From the NCBI GenBank assembly GCA_034520565.1, contig JAXHNL010000002.1:192001-256000 (forward strand): 64,000 nt of DNA, written 5' to 3'. Shown one piece after another: positions 48,289 through 58,356 of this stretch (position 1 is its first letter; every line of letters starts with the position of its first letter). The notes below the pieces were generated by a model. That model had not been told where the DNA came from, did no database searches, and worked only from the letters and a program-made list of their open reading frames with translations. Made by a program: the position numbers and the translations under genes. This stretch comes from Halodesulfurarchaeum sp. (GTDB lineage: Archaea; Halobacteriota; Halobacteria; Halobacteriales; Halobacteriaceae).

Positions 48289-49767
48289 ATGGGCGATATC
48301 GAGACGATCTACGAGGATCTCGACACGGAGGAGGTCTCACTCGAGGAATTCCGCGAGGCAGTCGTTTCCAAGGTCGAGCAGATGGGCGGGCTCGCCGACG
48401 AGGAGACGGCGGCGATGTTGCTCGCCCACGAACTCGACGACGGACAGGTAGAGGGAGTCGCCGACGTGGAACCGGGCATGGAGGAAGTCGCCATCACCGC
48501 AAAGGTCCTCAGCGTCGGGGAGTTACGGACCTTCGAGCGTGACGACCCCGACCAACCCGACGGACAGGTACTCAACGCCGACGTGGCCGACGAGACCGGC
48601 CGGCTCCGGGTCTCCTTCTGGGACGAAATGGCCAGTTCGGCCGACTCGGAACTCGAGGAGGGACAGGTACTAAACCTGAAGGGGCGGCCCAAGGAGGGCT
48701 ACGACGGCGTCGAGCTGTCCGTCGATCGGGTCGAACCCGATCCGGACACCGAGATCGAGGTCGACCTCACTGACGAGTACCGCGTGGCCGACCTGGGCCT
48801 CGGAGCCTCGGACGTGAATCTTATCGGGGAGGTGCTTGCCACCGAACCGGTTCGGACCTTCGACCGGGACGACGGCAGCGAAGGCAAGGTTTCGAACCTC
48901 CTCGTCGGGGACGAGACGGGCCGGGTCCGGGTCACCCTCTGGGACGAGCAGGCCGACCGGACCGAGGACTTCACGGCTCACGACACCGTCGAGGTCATCG
49001 ACGGCTACGTCCGCGAACGGGACGGCTCGCTCGAACTCCATCTGGGGGACCGGGGAGCGATCGGGGAGAGCGACGCCGAGGTGGGCTACGTTCCGGACGC
49101 CACGCCGATCGAAGCCGTCGAACTCGACGAGACGGTCGACATCGCTGGAGTCGTCCGCTCCGCGGACCCGAAGCGGACCTTCGACCGGGACGACGGCACC
49201 GAGGGGCAGGTCCGGAACGTCCGCGTGCAGGACGAGACTGACGACATCCGGGTCGCGCTCTGGGGCGAGAAAGCTGACCTCGAACTCGGACCGGGAGACG
49301 AGGTCCTCTTCGTCGACGTCGCCATTCAGGACGGGTGGCAAGACGACCTCGAGGCCTCTGCAAACTGGCAGACGACCGTCGTCCCGCTCGAGGACGGTAT
49401 CGACACCGACCTCGATTCTGGGGAAGACGTGTCAGATACTGGGCTCTCGGCCTTTGGCGACGTTGATGGCGATTCCGCCGGCGCGGAGTCGACGTCTGCG
49501 ACCGGCCTGGAAGATGGACCGACGAGCGAGCCAAGTCCCGGGCCGGAAGCGGTCGATCCGAAATCGGAAACTGCGGACCCGGAATCCGTCGAGTTCACGG
49601 GCGTCGTCGTCCAGGCCGGGAACCCGATCATCCTCGACGACGGCGAACAGACGGTAACGATTCAGTCCGATCTCGACGTCGAACTCGGGGAGGAACTCAC
49701 AGTGGCCGGCCAACTCACAGAGGGTATTCTCGATCCCGAACGGGTCGAAACTGACGGAAAGGATTAA
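48289..49767 (+). CDS. rpa: Replication protein A (single-stranded DNA-binding, three OB folds)
   Basis: MGGLADEETAAML; repeated RTF(E/D)RDD..G.V.N..V.DET..R.(T/S/A)(L/F)W modules. Confidence 0.9.
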   Translation: MGDIETIYEDLDTEEVSLEEFREAVVSKVEQMGGLADEETAAMLLAHELDDGQVEGVADVEPGMEEVAITAKVLSVGELRTFERDDPDQPDGQVLNADVADETGRLRVSFWDEMASSADSELEEGQVLNLKGRPKEGYDGVELSVDRVEPDPDTEIEVDLTDEYRVADLGLGASDVNLIGEVLATEPVRTFDRDDGSEGKVSNLLVGDETGRVRVTLWDEQADRTEDFTAHDTVEVIDGYVRERDGSLELHLGDRGAIGESDAEVGYVPDATPIEAVELDETVDIAGVVRSADPKRTFDRDDGTEGQVRNVRVQDETDDIRVALWGEKADLELGPGDEVLFVDVAIQDGWQDDLEASANWQTTVVPLEDGIDTDLDSGEDVSDTGLSAFGDVDGDSAGAESTSATGLEDGPTSEPSPGPEAVDPKSETADPESVEFTGVVVQAGNPIILDDGEQTVTIQSDLDVELGEELTVAGQLTEGILDPERVETDGKD

Positions 49768-49793
49768 GCCGGTCACCGCCGGGGTTTGGGGAT

Positions 49794-50225
49794 ATGCGAG
49801 TCGAGCTTCCGTTTTCTCCCGTCGATTCGATCATCCGGGAACAGACGGGGGACCTCCGGGTCAGCGCGGACGCCGCAGGGGCACTGGCCCGCCAGATCCA
49901 GAACGACGGCGCCGAGATTGCCGGAAAAGCGGCCCAGCACACCGAAGCAGCCGGTCGCAAAACCATCATGGTCGAGGACTTCGGGGCCGTCGAGGTCCCG
50001 ACGCGTGATTCGCTGACGCTTCCGGTCGCGCCGATCGACCGGATCGCCCGGCTCGACGTCGACGACCGGTTCCGGGTGGCCGAAGACGCCCGACTGGCGC
50101 TGGCCAAACTCCTCGAGGACCGGGCGGCCGAGATCGCCGCCGGCGCGCGAGACCTCGCGGAACACGCCGGCCGGCGGACGATTCAGGCCGAGGACATCGA
50201 ACTATTCGTCGATCTCTGTTCGTAA
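49794..50225 (+). CDS. hstA: Haloarchaeal fused-doublet histone
   Basis: Two histone folds: ELPFSPVD..RVS..AGRKTI and LPVAPIDR..RVA..AGRRTI. Confidence 0.92.
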   Translation: MRVELPFSPVDSIIREQTGDLRVSADAAGALARQIQNDGAEIAGKAAQHTEAAGRKTIMVEDFGAVEVPTRDSLTLPVAPIDRIARLDVDDRFRVAEDARLALAKLLEDRAAEIAAGARDLAEHAGRRTIQAEDIELFVDLCS

Positions 50226-51581
50226 CCGGGGACTCGGGTCGAAGTACGCGGCGAGTTCCCGACCGAAGTCCGCCGCCAGTTCCGCCACGTCAGCGCCGGC
50301 GAGGACGGTGTATCCAGCCTCCAGCGCGGGCTCGATTTGGGCCCCGAGGGCCACGTCGAGGAGTCGGTTTTCGACGAAGTTCTCGGCACTCGTCGTCTCC
50401 CGCTCTCGCTCGACGACGTACCGGTCCGCCTCGATGAACGGACCGGTCGCCGATCCGTCGGCGTAGGTCTCGTAGAACCGCCTGGCGTGCTCGGCAGCGT
50501 AAACAGGGGGACCCTCGTGACGCTCGATCGCCGGGAGCTCCGCGACGGCCAGTTCGACGAACAGGGCCGCATCGTCGCGAGCCCACGTCGCACTCCGGAG
50601 CACCTCGAAGTCCGCGTTTTCCAGACCGCGGACCAGTCCCGTGAGCGAACGTCTGAGCTGGGGATAGAGTTGGTCGTCGACCAGATCGGGCGGGTCGAAG
50701 ACGACGGCGATTGGAGTGGTTTCCCGCTCGGTGACTGCCGTCCGAACCGCTTCCCTGTCCATCGATTCGGGTTCCAGCGGGAAGAAGTAGTCCAGCTCCG
50801 GGGTGGCGAGGAACTGACGGGCGAAGTGGACGAGCCGGGCGACGTTTTCGGCGGCGACGACCGCGGCGACGTTCCGCTCGGGATCGGTCGGGTCGACGAC
50901 GACGAGTGGATCCTCGAAGCTGACTGTCCCGTGGTCGGCCGGGTCGAGATGGACCGGCGGGTGCCAGTCCTGGGCCGCCGCCAGCGTCTCCCGGAAGCCA
51001 CCGTATTCGAGGACGAGGAGTTCGGCGATGTAACCCGAGTAGCCCCGCGTCCGGAGATCGCTGCCGTAGGCACCGACACCCTTGAGGAACTGCTTGAAGC
51101 GTCTCACTTCGGCGGCCACCGAATCGTCGAGTCGTTCGACGAGGTAGGCATTGTGAAACGGGGTTCGGTCGACGGCCGATTGGATCTCCGTGGCGGCGTC
51201 GACGTCATAGCAGGGAACGAGATCGACGGCAAACCCGTCGAACTCGCCAGTCACGTAGGGGTGCTCGGCGTACTCCAGATGGCCTTCGGGGAGTACGGCC
51301 CGCCCCACCTGCAGGCCGTAGCGTTCGAGGTCCTCGCGGGGGAGGTCCGGATCGAACTGGACGAACACGTCGATGTCTCGATCACCGCTCACCCAGGTCC
51401 CCCGGGCGGTCGAGCCCACGTGAAGAGGGGTGGCGTCGACCTCGAGATCGGCGATCGCGGATTCCGTCCGCTGGAGAAGTGACTCGACTGCTGCTTCGAG
51501 GGCGGCTCGCTCCGCCGGATCCGGGTCCACCCGCTCGCCGACGCGTTCGAGCACCGCTTCGTACCCGCTCCCGGTCGTCAT
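50202..51581 (-). CDS. cca: CCA-adding tRNA nucleotidyltransferase (class I)
   Basis: GSTARGTW..DRDIDVF, YAEHPY, DLVPCY, SAVDRTPFH, DPTDPERNVA. Confidence 0.95.
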   Translation of the reverse strand: MTTGSGYEAVLERVGERVDPDPAERAALEAAVESLLQRTESAIADLEVDATPLHVGSTARGTWVSGDRDIDVFVQFDPDLPREDLERYGLQVGRAVLPEGHLEYAEHPYVTGEFDGFAVDLVPCYDVDAATEIQSAVDRTPFHNAYLVERLDDSVAAEVRRFKQFLKGVGAYGSDLRTRGYSGYIAELLVLEYGGFRETLAAAQDWHPPVHLDPADHGTVSFEDPLVVVDPTDPERNVAAVVAAENVARLVHFARQFLATPELDYFFPLEPESMDREAVRTAVTERETTPIAVVFDPPDLVDDQLYPQLRRSLTGLVRGLENADFEVLRSATWARDDAALFVELAVAELPAIERHEGPPVYAAEHARRFYETYADGSATGPFIEADRYVVERERETTSAENFVENRLLDVALGAQIEPALEAGYTVLAGADVAELAADFGRELAAYFDPSPRLRTEIDE

Positions 51582-51626
51582 ACGGAGCCATTATCGGGGA
51601 TAGCCCGAAAGCATATCGATGGAGGT

Positions 51627-52424
51627 TTAGAGCATCGCAAGCGGCGTCATGACGACGACACCGACGACGATTCCGGCGACGAGTTCGAGGTGGCCGCCCC
51701 GCGGAAGGTCTTCGCCGAGATCGAGTGCCTCCGGGATGAATTCCGTAAGGACGAGATAGACCATCGCGCCTGCGGCGAACCCAAACCCGAACGGCAAAAA
51801 CTCGCGGGCGTAGCGGACGAAGGCAAACGCGAGCACTGCACCGACTGGTTGGGGCAGACTCGAGAAGATCGACCACCAGACCAGCTTCCAGTTCGAGACG
51901 CCCATCGCCCGGAGCGGGATCGAGATCGCGGTGCCCTCCGGGACGTTATGGATCGAGATGGCGACGGTCATGAAGATGGCGAGGATCGGGATCGTAAAGC
52001 CGAGGAACATCGGCCCGGTTCCCAGATTCAGATCCGCGAAGGAGACCCCGACAGCCACGCCCTCTGGAAAGCTGTGGACCGTGAGGATACCGAGTATCAG
52101 GACGAGTTTCTTGAAGTCGGCTTCGGCGTACTCCCGGGGGTCGATTTCGGCATGGGTGATGACCCGGTGGCCCACGATCACGAGGAGCACGCCGACGATC
52201 AATCCCGGAACGATGTCCTGGATCGTCCCCTCGGCCAACCCCTCCTTGAGCAGGCCGAACACGGAGGCGGCCACCATGATCCCCGAGGCCAGGCCCCAGA
52301 GCCCCACGTTCCAGCGGTCGGGGATGTCCTCAGCGAGGAAGAACGGGATGGCGCCCAACCCAGTTGCGAGGGCCGTGATCAGCCCGGCGACGAAGACCAG
52401 CGTCAGATTGGCCAGCAGACTCAT
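51627..52424 (-). CDS. ZIP-family metal transporter
   Basis: HSFPEGVAVG, HNVPEG, GFAAGAM. Confidence 0.92.
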   Translation of the reverse strand: MSLLANLTLVFVAGLITALATGLGAIPFFLAEDIPDRWNVGLWGLASGIMVAASVFGLLKEGLAEGTIQDIVPGLIVGVLLVIVGHRVITHAEIDPREYAEADFKKLVLILGILTVHSFPEGVAVGVSFADLNLGTGPMFLGFTIPILAIFMTVAISIHNVPEGTAISIPLRAMGVSNWKLVWWSIFSSLPQPVGAVLAFAFVRYAREFLPFGFGFAAGAMVYLVLTEFIPEALDLGEDLPRGGHLELVAGIVVGVVVMTPLAML

Positions 52425-52474
52425 CCGTTGTCCAATCGAATCCGTTCCGCGTAGTTAAAATTTCGGAAGAAAAG

Positions 52475-52503
52475 TTTGTAGAAACTAAATTAGTCTTTCC
52501 TAA
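52475..52503. promoter_or_regulatory. Candidate tandem DtxR/SirR-type operator upstream of the ZIP gene
   Basis: TTAGtctttcCTAA (52490-52503) next to TTTGtagaaaCTAAA (52475-52489), just upstream of minus-strand TTTTAA. Confidence 0.5.
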
Positions 52504-52625
52504 CTCGAAGATTTTCGAGGCGAACGTGAGCGAGGTCGAGGATTGGTGAACGGGACCGCCAATGGGAAAGTCGTGGCCGGGCGAAACGAAAGCCCTATCA
52601 AAAGTAGCCAAGTACGGTAATCCAG

Positions 52626-52698
52626 GCCGCCGTAGCTCAGCTGGTAGAGCACTCCGCTGTTAACGGAGTTGTCCCAGGTTCGAGCCCTGGCGGCGGCG
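52626..52698 (+). tRNA. tRNA-Asn(GTT)
   Basis: Acceptor GCCGCCG/CGGCGGC, anticodon arm CTCCG-CTGTTAA-CGGAG, T arm CCAGG-TTCGAGC-CCTGG. Confidence 0.96.
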
Positions 52699-52747
52699 CT
52701 TCTTTCGAAGGTAACGCTCAAGGCACCGCCAGCGGTAGGACGGGATA

Positions 52748-52822
52748 GGGCCCTTAGCTCAGTCTGGTTAGAGCGCGCGGCTCATAACCGCGTCGTCAGT
52801 GGTTCAAATCCGCTAGGGCCCA
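52748..52822 (+). tRNA. tRNA with CAT anticodon, most likely tRNA-Ile2 (agmatidine type)
   Basis: Acceptor GGGCCCT/AGGGCCC, discriminator A, anticodon loop CTCATAA. No intron and no initiator A1-U72 pair. Confidence 0.88.
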
Positions 52823-52893
52823 CATCTCAACGACCTAACCGTCGAGCGACCAGCTTGCTGTGTCGCGAGACGTGAGTCGACGTGATTGGGGAA

Positions 52894-52949
52894 GCGGATT
52901 TGAGCCCAGGAAACCGAACGGAGTGAGGTTTCCGCTGGTTCAAATCCGC
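52894..52949. repeat. Palindromic element containing a copy of the tRNA-Ile2 T arm
   Basis: GCGGATTTGA...GGAAACC-gaacggagtga-GGTTTCC...TCAAATCCGC; 52936-52949 is identical to 52800-52813. Confidence 0.75.
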
Positions 52950-53009
52950 GAAGGATTAACCCCTCATCCTGCCAGTTTACTTTTCCCCATCCCCCACCTC
53001 GCGTTCACC

Positions 53010-54049
53010 ATGCGCGCAGCCGTCTACCACGGCCCCGGCGAGATCGCCATCGAAGAGGTCCCCAAACCCGAACTCGAATCCCCGAAGGGCGCGCTGATCC
53101 GCGTCACCCACACCGCCATCTGTGGGTCTGATCTCTGGTTCTACCGCGGCCAGACCGACATGGAGGCGGGCGAACGGGTCGGCCACGAACCCATGGGCAT
53201 CGTCGAGGCGGTTGGAGAGGCTGTCACGTCAGTCGAACCGGGGATCGGGTCATCGCCCCCTTCGCCATCAGTTGCGGGGAATGTGAGTTCTGTCGGAAGG
53301 GCCTGTACACCTCCTGCGTCGAGGGAGAATCGTGGGGCGGCACAAACGGCGGCGGACAGGGCGAATACGTCAAAACCCCCTTCGCAGACGGCCATCTCGT
53401 CCGGGTGCCGGATCGCTACGCCGACGACCAGAAGACCCTCGAGAAACTCCTCCCCCTGACCGACGTGCTCGGAACCGGACACCACGCCGCCGTGAGTGCC
53501 GAGGTCGGGCCGGGCGATACGGTCGTGGTCATCGGCGACGGGGCGGTGGGCCTGAGCGGGGTGCTCAGCGCCCAGCGCCTGGGAGCCGAGCGGATCATCG
53601 CCGTGGGCCACCACGAGGATCGACTCGAAATCGCCGAGGCGTTCGGGGCGACCGAGACCGTCGCCGAACGGGGCGAGGCCGCAATCGAGCGGGTCACGGA
53701 ACTCACGTACGGCGGATCGAATCACGTCATGGAGTGTGTCGGGGCGGCCTCGGCGATGGACACCGCGATCGAGGTCGCCAGGCCGGGCGGAACGATCGGC
53801 TACGTGGGTGTCCCCCACGGCGTCGCTGAGGGGGGACTGGACGTCCTCTCACTGTTCCGGGACAACCTCACCCTGCAGGGGGGCGTCGCTCCGGTTCGCC
53901 AGTACGCCGAGGAACTCATGGGGGACATCCTCGGCGGAACCCTCGACCCCTCGCCGATCTTCACGAAACGCGTCGACCTGGAGGGCGTGCCGGAGGGCTA
54001 CGAGGCGATGGACGAACGAGAGGCAATCAAGGTGCTTGTGAAGCCGTAG
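53010..54049 (+). pseudogene. Zn-dependent alcohol dehydrogenase (MDR) with a 1-nt frameshift at 53240-53243 (possibly a sequencing error)
   Basis: MRAAVYHGPG..ICGSD..GHE..VEPG, then in the next frame DRVIAPFAISCGECEFCRKG..C..GDGAVG; one extra G restores the frame. Confidence 0.88.
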
Positions 54050-54058
54050 AATCGACTC

Positions 54059-54739
54059 TCACTGGTCGGTGAACGCCTCTATCAGGTCCTGCCCGTCGAC
54101 GTAAGGGATGTCGTGTTTGGCCGCGTAGGCCCGGGCATCGTCGATCGAGAGGGCCTCCCCGGTCTCGTCGTCCAGCATCTCACACACCACGGCCGCCGGG
54201 GGCAGTTGGGCCTCGTGGGCCAGCGCGACGGCCATTTCGGTGTGACCCTTCCGATCCGAGAGACCGTAGCGGGAGGCCCGAAGCAGGTGGACGTGTCCCG
54301 GGGCGCGGAACTCGCGGGGGAAGTCGGTCGATTCGGGATCGGCTGCGGCCTCCCCGAGACGACTGATTGTCAGTGCCCGGTCCTGATCGGTGATCCCGGT
54401 GTAGGTGTCCCGGTGGTTGACGGTAAGCGAGAACGAGGAGCGCTCGTCGTACCCGAGGTGGTCGCTCTCCGCGACCGGGTGGTCGATCTCGTCGGCCAGG
54501 AAGGGCAACTCGAAGGCATCTGCGATCTCCGGGCCCAGCGCGACACAGACCAGTCCGCCCGCGTCGTTTCGCAACTGTGCGACTGCCGGTGGATCGACGG
54601 CCCCGGCCGGGTAGACCATGTCGACTTCTCCCTCGCGGTCGTCGAAGTCGTGGATCAACACCGGCTGGCCGGCCGCAAACGCCGCGACGGCCCGTTCGAC
54701 GCCGGTCGCCCCCCGGGAAGCTTCACGCTGACTCGACAT
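54059..54739 (-). CDS. ribB: 3,4-dihydroxy-2-butanone-4-phosphate synthase
   Basis: DREGEVD, GLVC, TGITDQDRA, PGHV, GHTE, VCEMLD. Confidence 0.95.
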   Translation of the reverse strand: MSSQREASRGATGVERAVAAFAAGQPVLIHDFDDREGEVDMVYPAGAVDPPAVAQLRNDAGGLVCVALGPEIADAFELPFLADEIDHPVAESDHLGYDERSSFSLTVNHRDTYTGITDQDRALTISRLGEAAADPESTDFPREFRAPGHVHLLRASRYGLSDRKGHTEMAVALAHEAQLPPAAVVCEMLDDETGEALSIDDARAYAAKHDIPYVDGQDLIEAFTDQ

Positions 54740-55430
54740 TCACACTCACCTCGTCACCGTCGAGCAGGCCCAGTTCGTCCCGGATGCGTTCGGGAGCGAT
54801 GATCTCGAGTTCCTCGGCGTCGTGGTGGGTCCGATCGGGCACGATGACGTGGCCCCCGTCGAAGGAGTGGCCCGTGTCGGATTCGATGCTGGCCGGATAG
54901 CAAGTCGCCCCGCCGTAGGTGCGCTCCTCGTCCTCCCACTCGTCGATGTGGATCCCCTCGAGAGCGGCCAGAATCGAGCGCTCGCGCTTGCTCGTGGCCG
55001 TGAGGCTGACGTTGAGCGTGCCCGGGTACGGATCATAACCCAGCTTTTCCTCGAACTGAACCTTGTAGCCCGGGAGCGTGACGTAGTGGCGGCCCTCGCC
55101 CATGCCCGTGGTGATCTCACCGCGCAGCACGACCGTGCCCTTCGCCTCGAAGATGGCCCGGTAATCCTCGTATTCGGTCCTGAGCACCTCGATTCCGCGC
55201 TCCGTGAGCTCGACGAACTGGCCGTCTCCGACCGTCTCCCTGGTGATGCAATCCGCGTCCTCCAGCGCCTGAAGGCGCCGAGAGGCAGTCTGGTTCGAGA
55301 CGTCGAGATCCGCGGCGACCTCGGCCCCAGATATTTTCACCTTCCCGCGATGGCCCCCGTCGAGGGCCAGGAGTTTCAGGACGGCGAGTTCGTCAAAGCC
55401 GACGGCGAGACTGCCGGCGTCGACAACCAT
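54723..55430 (-). CDS. ribK: CTP-dependent riboflavin kinase with N-terminal wHTH (RbkR-type)
   Basis: HTH SNQTASRRLQAL; GMGEGRHY, PYPGTLN, PDRTHH, EIIAP. Confidence 0.92.
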   Translation of the reverse strand: MVVDAGSLAVGFDELAVLKLLALDGGHRGKVKISGAEVAADLDVSNQTASRRLQALEDADCITRETVGDGQFVELTERGIEVLRTEYEDYRAIFEAKGTVVLRGEITTGMGEGRHYVTLPGYKVQFEEKLGYDPYPGTLNVSLTATSKRERSILAALEGIHIDEWEDEERTYGGATCYPASIESDTGHSFDGGHVIVPDRTHHDAEELEIIAPERIRDELGLLDGDEVSVNVESA

Positions 55431-55462
55431 GCCCCGAGTTTGGCCCGTGGCCCGGATAAGGA

Positions 55463-55494
55463 TACCGGATTTGGGATGGTTCTCAAATTTGAGA
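55463..55494. promoter_or_regulatory. Candidate RbkR operator pair upstream of ribK-ribB
   Basis: Perfect 14-bp palindrome TCTCAAATTTGAGA (55481-55494) plus imperfect TACCGGATTTGGGA (55463-55476), adjacent to the TATA-like CTTATC. Confidence 0.55.
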
Positions 55495-55547
55495 CGGGGT
55501 GGCGGCCAACGAATCCCGCTTTGGGAAACGGTACGCGGTGCAACCAG

Positions 55548-56477
55548 CTACTCACCGGGTCCAGCCAGCTCCGGGACCATCGTTTCCGGGTCTTTCGCGA
55601 GCATCGCCACGTTCGAGGGCGGTGCCTCGCGGAATTCCCCGAAGGCCGGAAGGTGGTCCTGGACCGAGCGGGCGAACTCGACCACCTCCTCGTGGTCCGG
55701 CATCGCGTCCCGGTCCAGGCGATCACGGGACGTGCCGACGTGCATGTACCCCTTGATCTCGATGAAGTCGGGGTCAGCCTGCTCGTACCGGGCCGCGTAG
55801 CCGGCCGGATCTTCCATATTTTCGCCGGCGACGAGAGTTGTCCGGATCGTGGTCCGACTTTCGTGGGTTCGGAGCACGTCCAGGGACTCCATTAGGTCCT
55901 CCCAGGCGGTTTTCTCGCGGGGGCGGACCACCGCGTCGTAGGTCCTCCGGTCTGGGGCGTCGAGGCTCACGTAGAGCTGGGTGGGACTGGCATCCCGGAG
56001 CACGTCAGGTCGGGTCCCGTTGCTCACGAGAAAGGTGGTGAAATCCCGGTCGTGGTAGGCCTCGATCAGTTCCGGGAGAAGGGGGTAAAGCGTGGGTTCG
56101 CCGTCGAGGCTGATCGCGACGTGCTTGGGGTCGAGGGCATCGTCCAGCCGCGACTCGGGGACGTCGTCGTTGCCGCCGAAGCCCGCGAGGAGTTCCCGCT
56201 GGAGTTCGATCGACGCGTCGACGACGGCCTCGGGGTCCTGCCAGTCGGTTTCATCGAGTTCGTAGGCGTGGCCCGCGTGGTCGCGCCAGCAGAAGACACA
56301 GCGCTCGTTGCACCGGATGATGGGCGTCATCTGGATACATCGGTGGGACTGGATGCCGTAGAAACGATGCTTGTAACAGGTGCCCTCTCCCCGGAGGGCG
56401 TTTTTCGTCCACCCGCAGGTCTGGACGGCCGTGTGACCGATCGTATGGTAGTTCGGTCCCGAGACCTGCTGGGTCAT
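55548..56477 (-). CDS. taw1: 4-demethylwyosine synthase (radical SAM, TYW1/Taw1)
   Basis: QTCGWT..CYK..FYGIQSHRC, CNERCVFCWR, AISLDGEPT, LVSNGT; ATG 56477. Confidence 0.92.
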   Translation of the reverse strand: MTQQVSGPNYHTIGHTAVQTCGWTKNALRGEGTCYKHRFYGIQSHRCIQMTPIIRCNERCVFCWRDHAGHAYELDETDWQDPEAVVDASIELQRELLAGFGGNDDVPESRLDDALDPKHVAISLDGEPTLYPLLPELIEAYHDRDFTTFLVSNGTRPDVLRDASPTQLYVSLDAPDRRTYDAVVRPREKTAWEDLMESLDVLRTHESRTTIRTTLVAGENMEDPAGYAARYEQADPDFIEIKGYMHVGTSRDRLDRDAMPDHEEVVEFARSVQDHLPAFGEFREAPPSNVAMLAKDPETMVPELAGPGE

Positions 56478-56577
56478 CGCCCGCGCTTGGCGATGAACGG
56501 GCAAAAGAATGGTGCTCCCGGCGAGTGCACGGACGGCATGCAGAACCCCTATAGGCCGTGGCCGACACCCAACGCGT

Positions 56578-58332
56578 ATGTTGCTTGCCTTTCGCGAGGA
56601 AGTCGAGACCGCGCTCGCCGACGCGCTCGACGCGCTCTCCCTTCCCGGAGACGACCTGGGGATCGAGACCCCGCCCACGGACGTCCCTGCGGTCCTTGCT
56701 TCGAGTGTCTCCTTTCGCCTGGCCGGTCCAGCCGAGGCGGCCCCACCCGAAGTCGCCGCCGACATCGAAGGCGAGATCGACGTCGACTCGCTGACCTACG
56801 TGGGACACGTGGTGACCCAGGGCCCGTACGTGAACTTTCATCCCTCCGAGGCCTACTACGCGGAGACTCTCGAGGCGGCCCAATCGGAGACGTACGGGCA
56901 GTTGCCCGACCGCGAGAAGTCGGTCGTCGTCGAACACACGAGCGCGAATCCGACCGGTCCGGTTCACGTCGGCCGGGCCCGAAACCCCATCCTCGGGGAC
57001 GCCATCGCCCGGATCGTGAACGCCGCCGGCTACGACGTCGACACCCACTACTACGTGAACGACGCGGGCCGCCAGATCGCCGTGTTCACGTGGGCCTTCG
57101 AGACGTTCGACGAGGGCAACCTGCCCGAACCCGAACGGGACAGCCCCGAGTACGAGATGGTCCGGTATTACCGCACCGGCAACTCCTTTCTCGAAGACGG
57201 CCCGGAAGACGAGGTCGAAGCCGCCGAAGCGGAGATCCAGTCCATCATGCAGGGACTCGAGGCCGGCGACGAGGAAGCCTACGAGCGAGTCGGCGAGGTG
57301 GTCGACACGGTGCTCGCGGGCATGCGCCGCTGTCTGGAACGGCTCCCCGCGACCTTCGACGAGTTCGTCAAGGAAACCCGCTTCATGCGAGACGGCAGCA
57401 CCGACGGCGTGGCGAGCCGACTCGAGGAGAGCGGCCTCGCATACGAGGACGAGGGAGCCTGGCATCTCGATCTCTCCGACCGGGGTTTCGAGAAGGATCT
57501 CGTCTTCAAGCGGTCGGACGGCACCAGCCTTTACACGACTCGCGATCTGGCCCACCACGAGTGGAAGTTCGACCACTACGACCGGGCGGTGACCGTCCTC
57601 GGCGAGGACCACAAACTCCAGGCGCGCCAACTGCAGGCCGCCCTCGACATACTGGGGAACGACACCGCCCAGCTGGACGACGTGATCTACTCCTACGTGA
57701 ACCTCCCCTCCGGAAAAATGAGTACCCGGGCAGGCACCGGCGTCGACCTCGATGACCTCCTCGACGAGGCGGTCGACCGGGCTCGCGAGGCCGTCGAATC
57801 CCGCATGGGTGATCGAATCCGGGATGACGACCTCGCAGAGGACGACATCGAACGGATCGCCGAACAGGTCGGAATCGGTGCGGTGCGGTATGACATCGTC
57901 TCCAAGCAGCCGAGCAAGCCGATCACGTTCAAGTGGGACGACGCTCTCGACTTCGAGGGGCAGAGCGCTCCCTACGTGCAGTACGCCCATGCCCGCACCT
58001 GCGGGATCGTCGACGAGGCCGACGGCACCGTCTCGCCAGTCCCCGATGCCGAACTGCTCGATTCCGATCCCGAACGGGACCTGCTGGAGGCGATCGCCGC
58101 GTATCCCGCAAGGATCGACGAGAGCGCGAGCGACCTCGAGCCCCACGCGATCGCGACGTACGCCCGGGACCTGGCCGACGCGGTCAACGTGTTCTACCGG
58201 GAGTGCCCGGTCCTCGGCTCGGACGTGGACCCGAACGTCTCGGCGGCCAGACTCGCGCTGGTGATCGCGGCCCGCAACACGCTCGCGAACGCGCTCTCCG
58301 TTCTCGGGATCGCCGCTCCCGAGTCGATGTAA
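56578..58332 (+). CDS. argS: Arginine--tRNA ligase
   Basis: [47 protein letters not shown]. Confidence 0.97.
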   Translation: MLLAFREEVETALADALDALSLPGDDLGIETPPTDVPAVLASSVSFRLAGPAEAAPPEVAADIEGEIDVDSLTYVGHVVTQGPYVNFHPSEAYYAETLEAAQSETYGQLPDREKSVVVEHTSANPTGPVHVGRARNPILGDAIARIVNAAGYDVDTHYYVNDAGRQIAVFTWAFETFDEGNLPEPERDSPEYEMVRYYRTGNSFLEDGPEDEVEAAEAEIQSIMQGLEAGDEEAYERVGEVVDTVLAGMRRCLERLPATFDEFVKETRFMRDGSTDGVASRLEESGLAYEDEGAWHLDLSDRGFEKDLVFKRSDGTSLYTTRDLAHHEWKFDHYDRAVTVLGEDHKLQARQLQAALDILGNDTAQLDDVIYSYVNLPSGKMSTRAGTGVDLDDLLDEAVDRAREAVESRMGDRIRDDDLAEDDIERIAEQVGIGAVRYDIVSKQPSKPITFKWDDALDFEGQSAPYVQYAHARTCGIVDEADGTVSPVPDAELLDSDPERDLLEAIAAYPARIDESASDLEPHAIATYARDLADAVNVFYRECPVLGSDVDPNVSAARLALVIAARNTLANALSVLGIAAPESM

Positions 58333-58356
58333 CCCCGCGAAAATCGCCGCCCCGTT

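Noticed and set aside
48520-49270. Repeated GACCTTCGA(C/G)CG(G/T)GACGAC sequences
   Set aside because: Explained by the three homologous OB folds of RPA
52748-52822. Calling the CAT-anticodon tRNA tRNA-Met
   Set aside because: GGGCCC acceptor stem, no intron and no initiator features fit archaeal tRNA-Ile2 better
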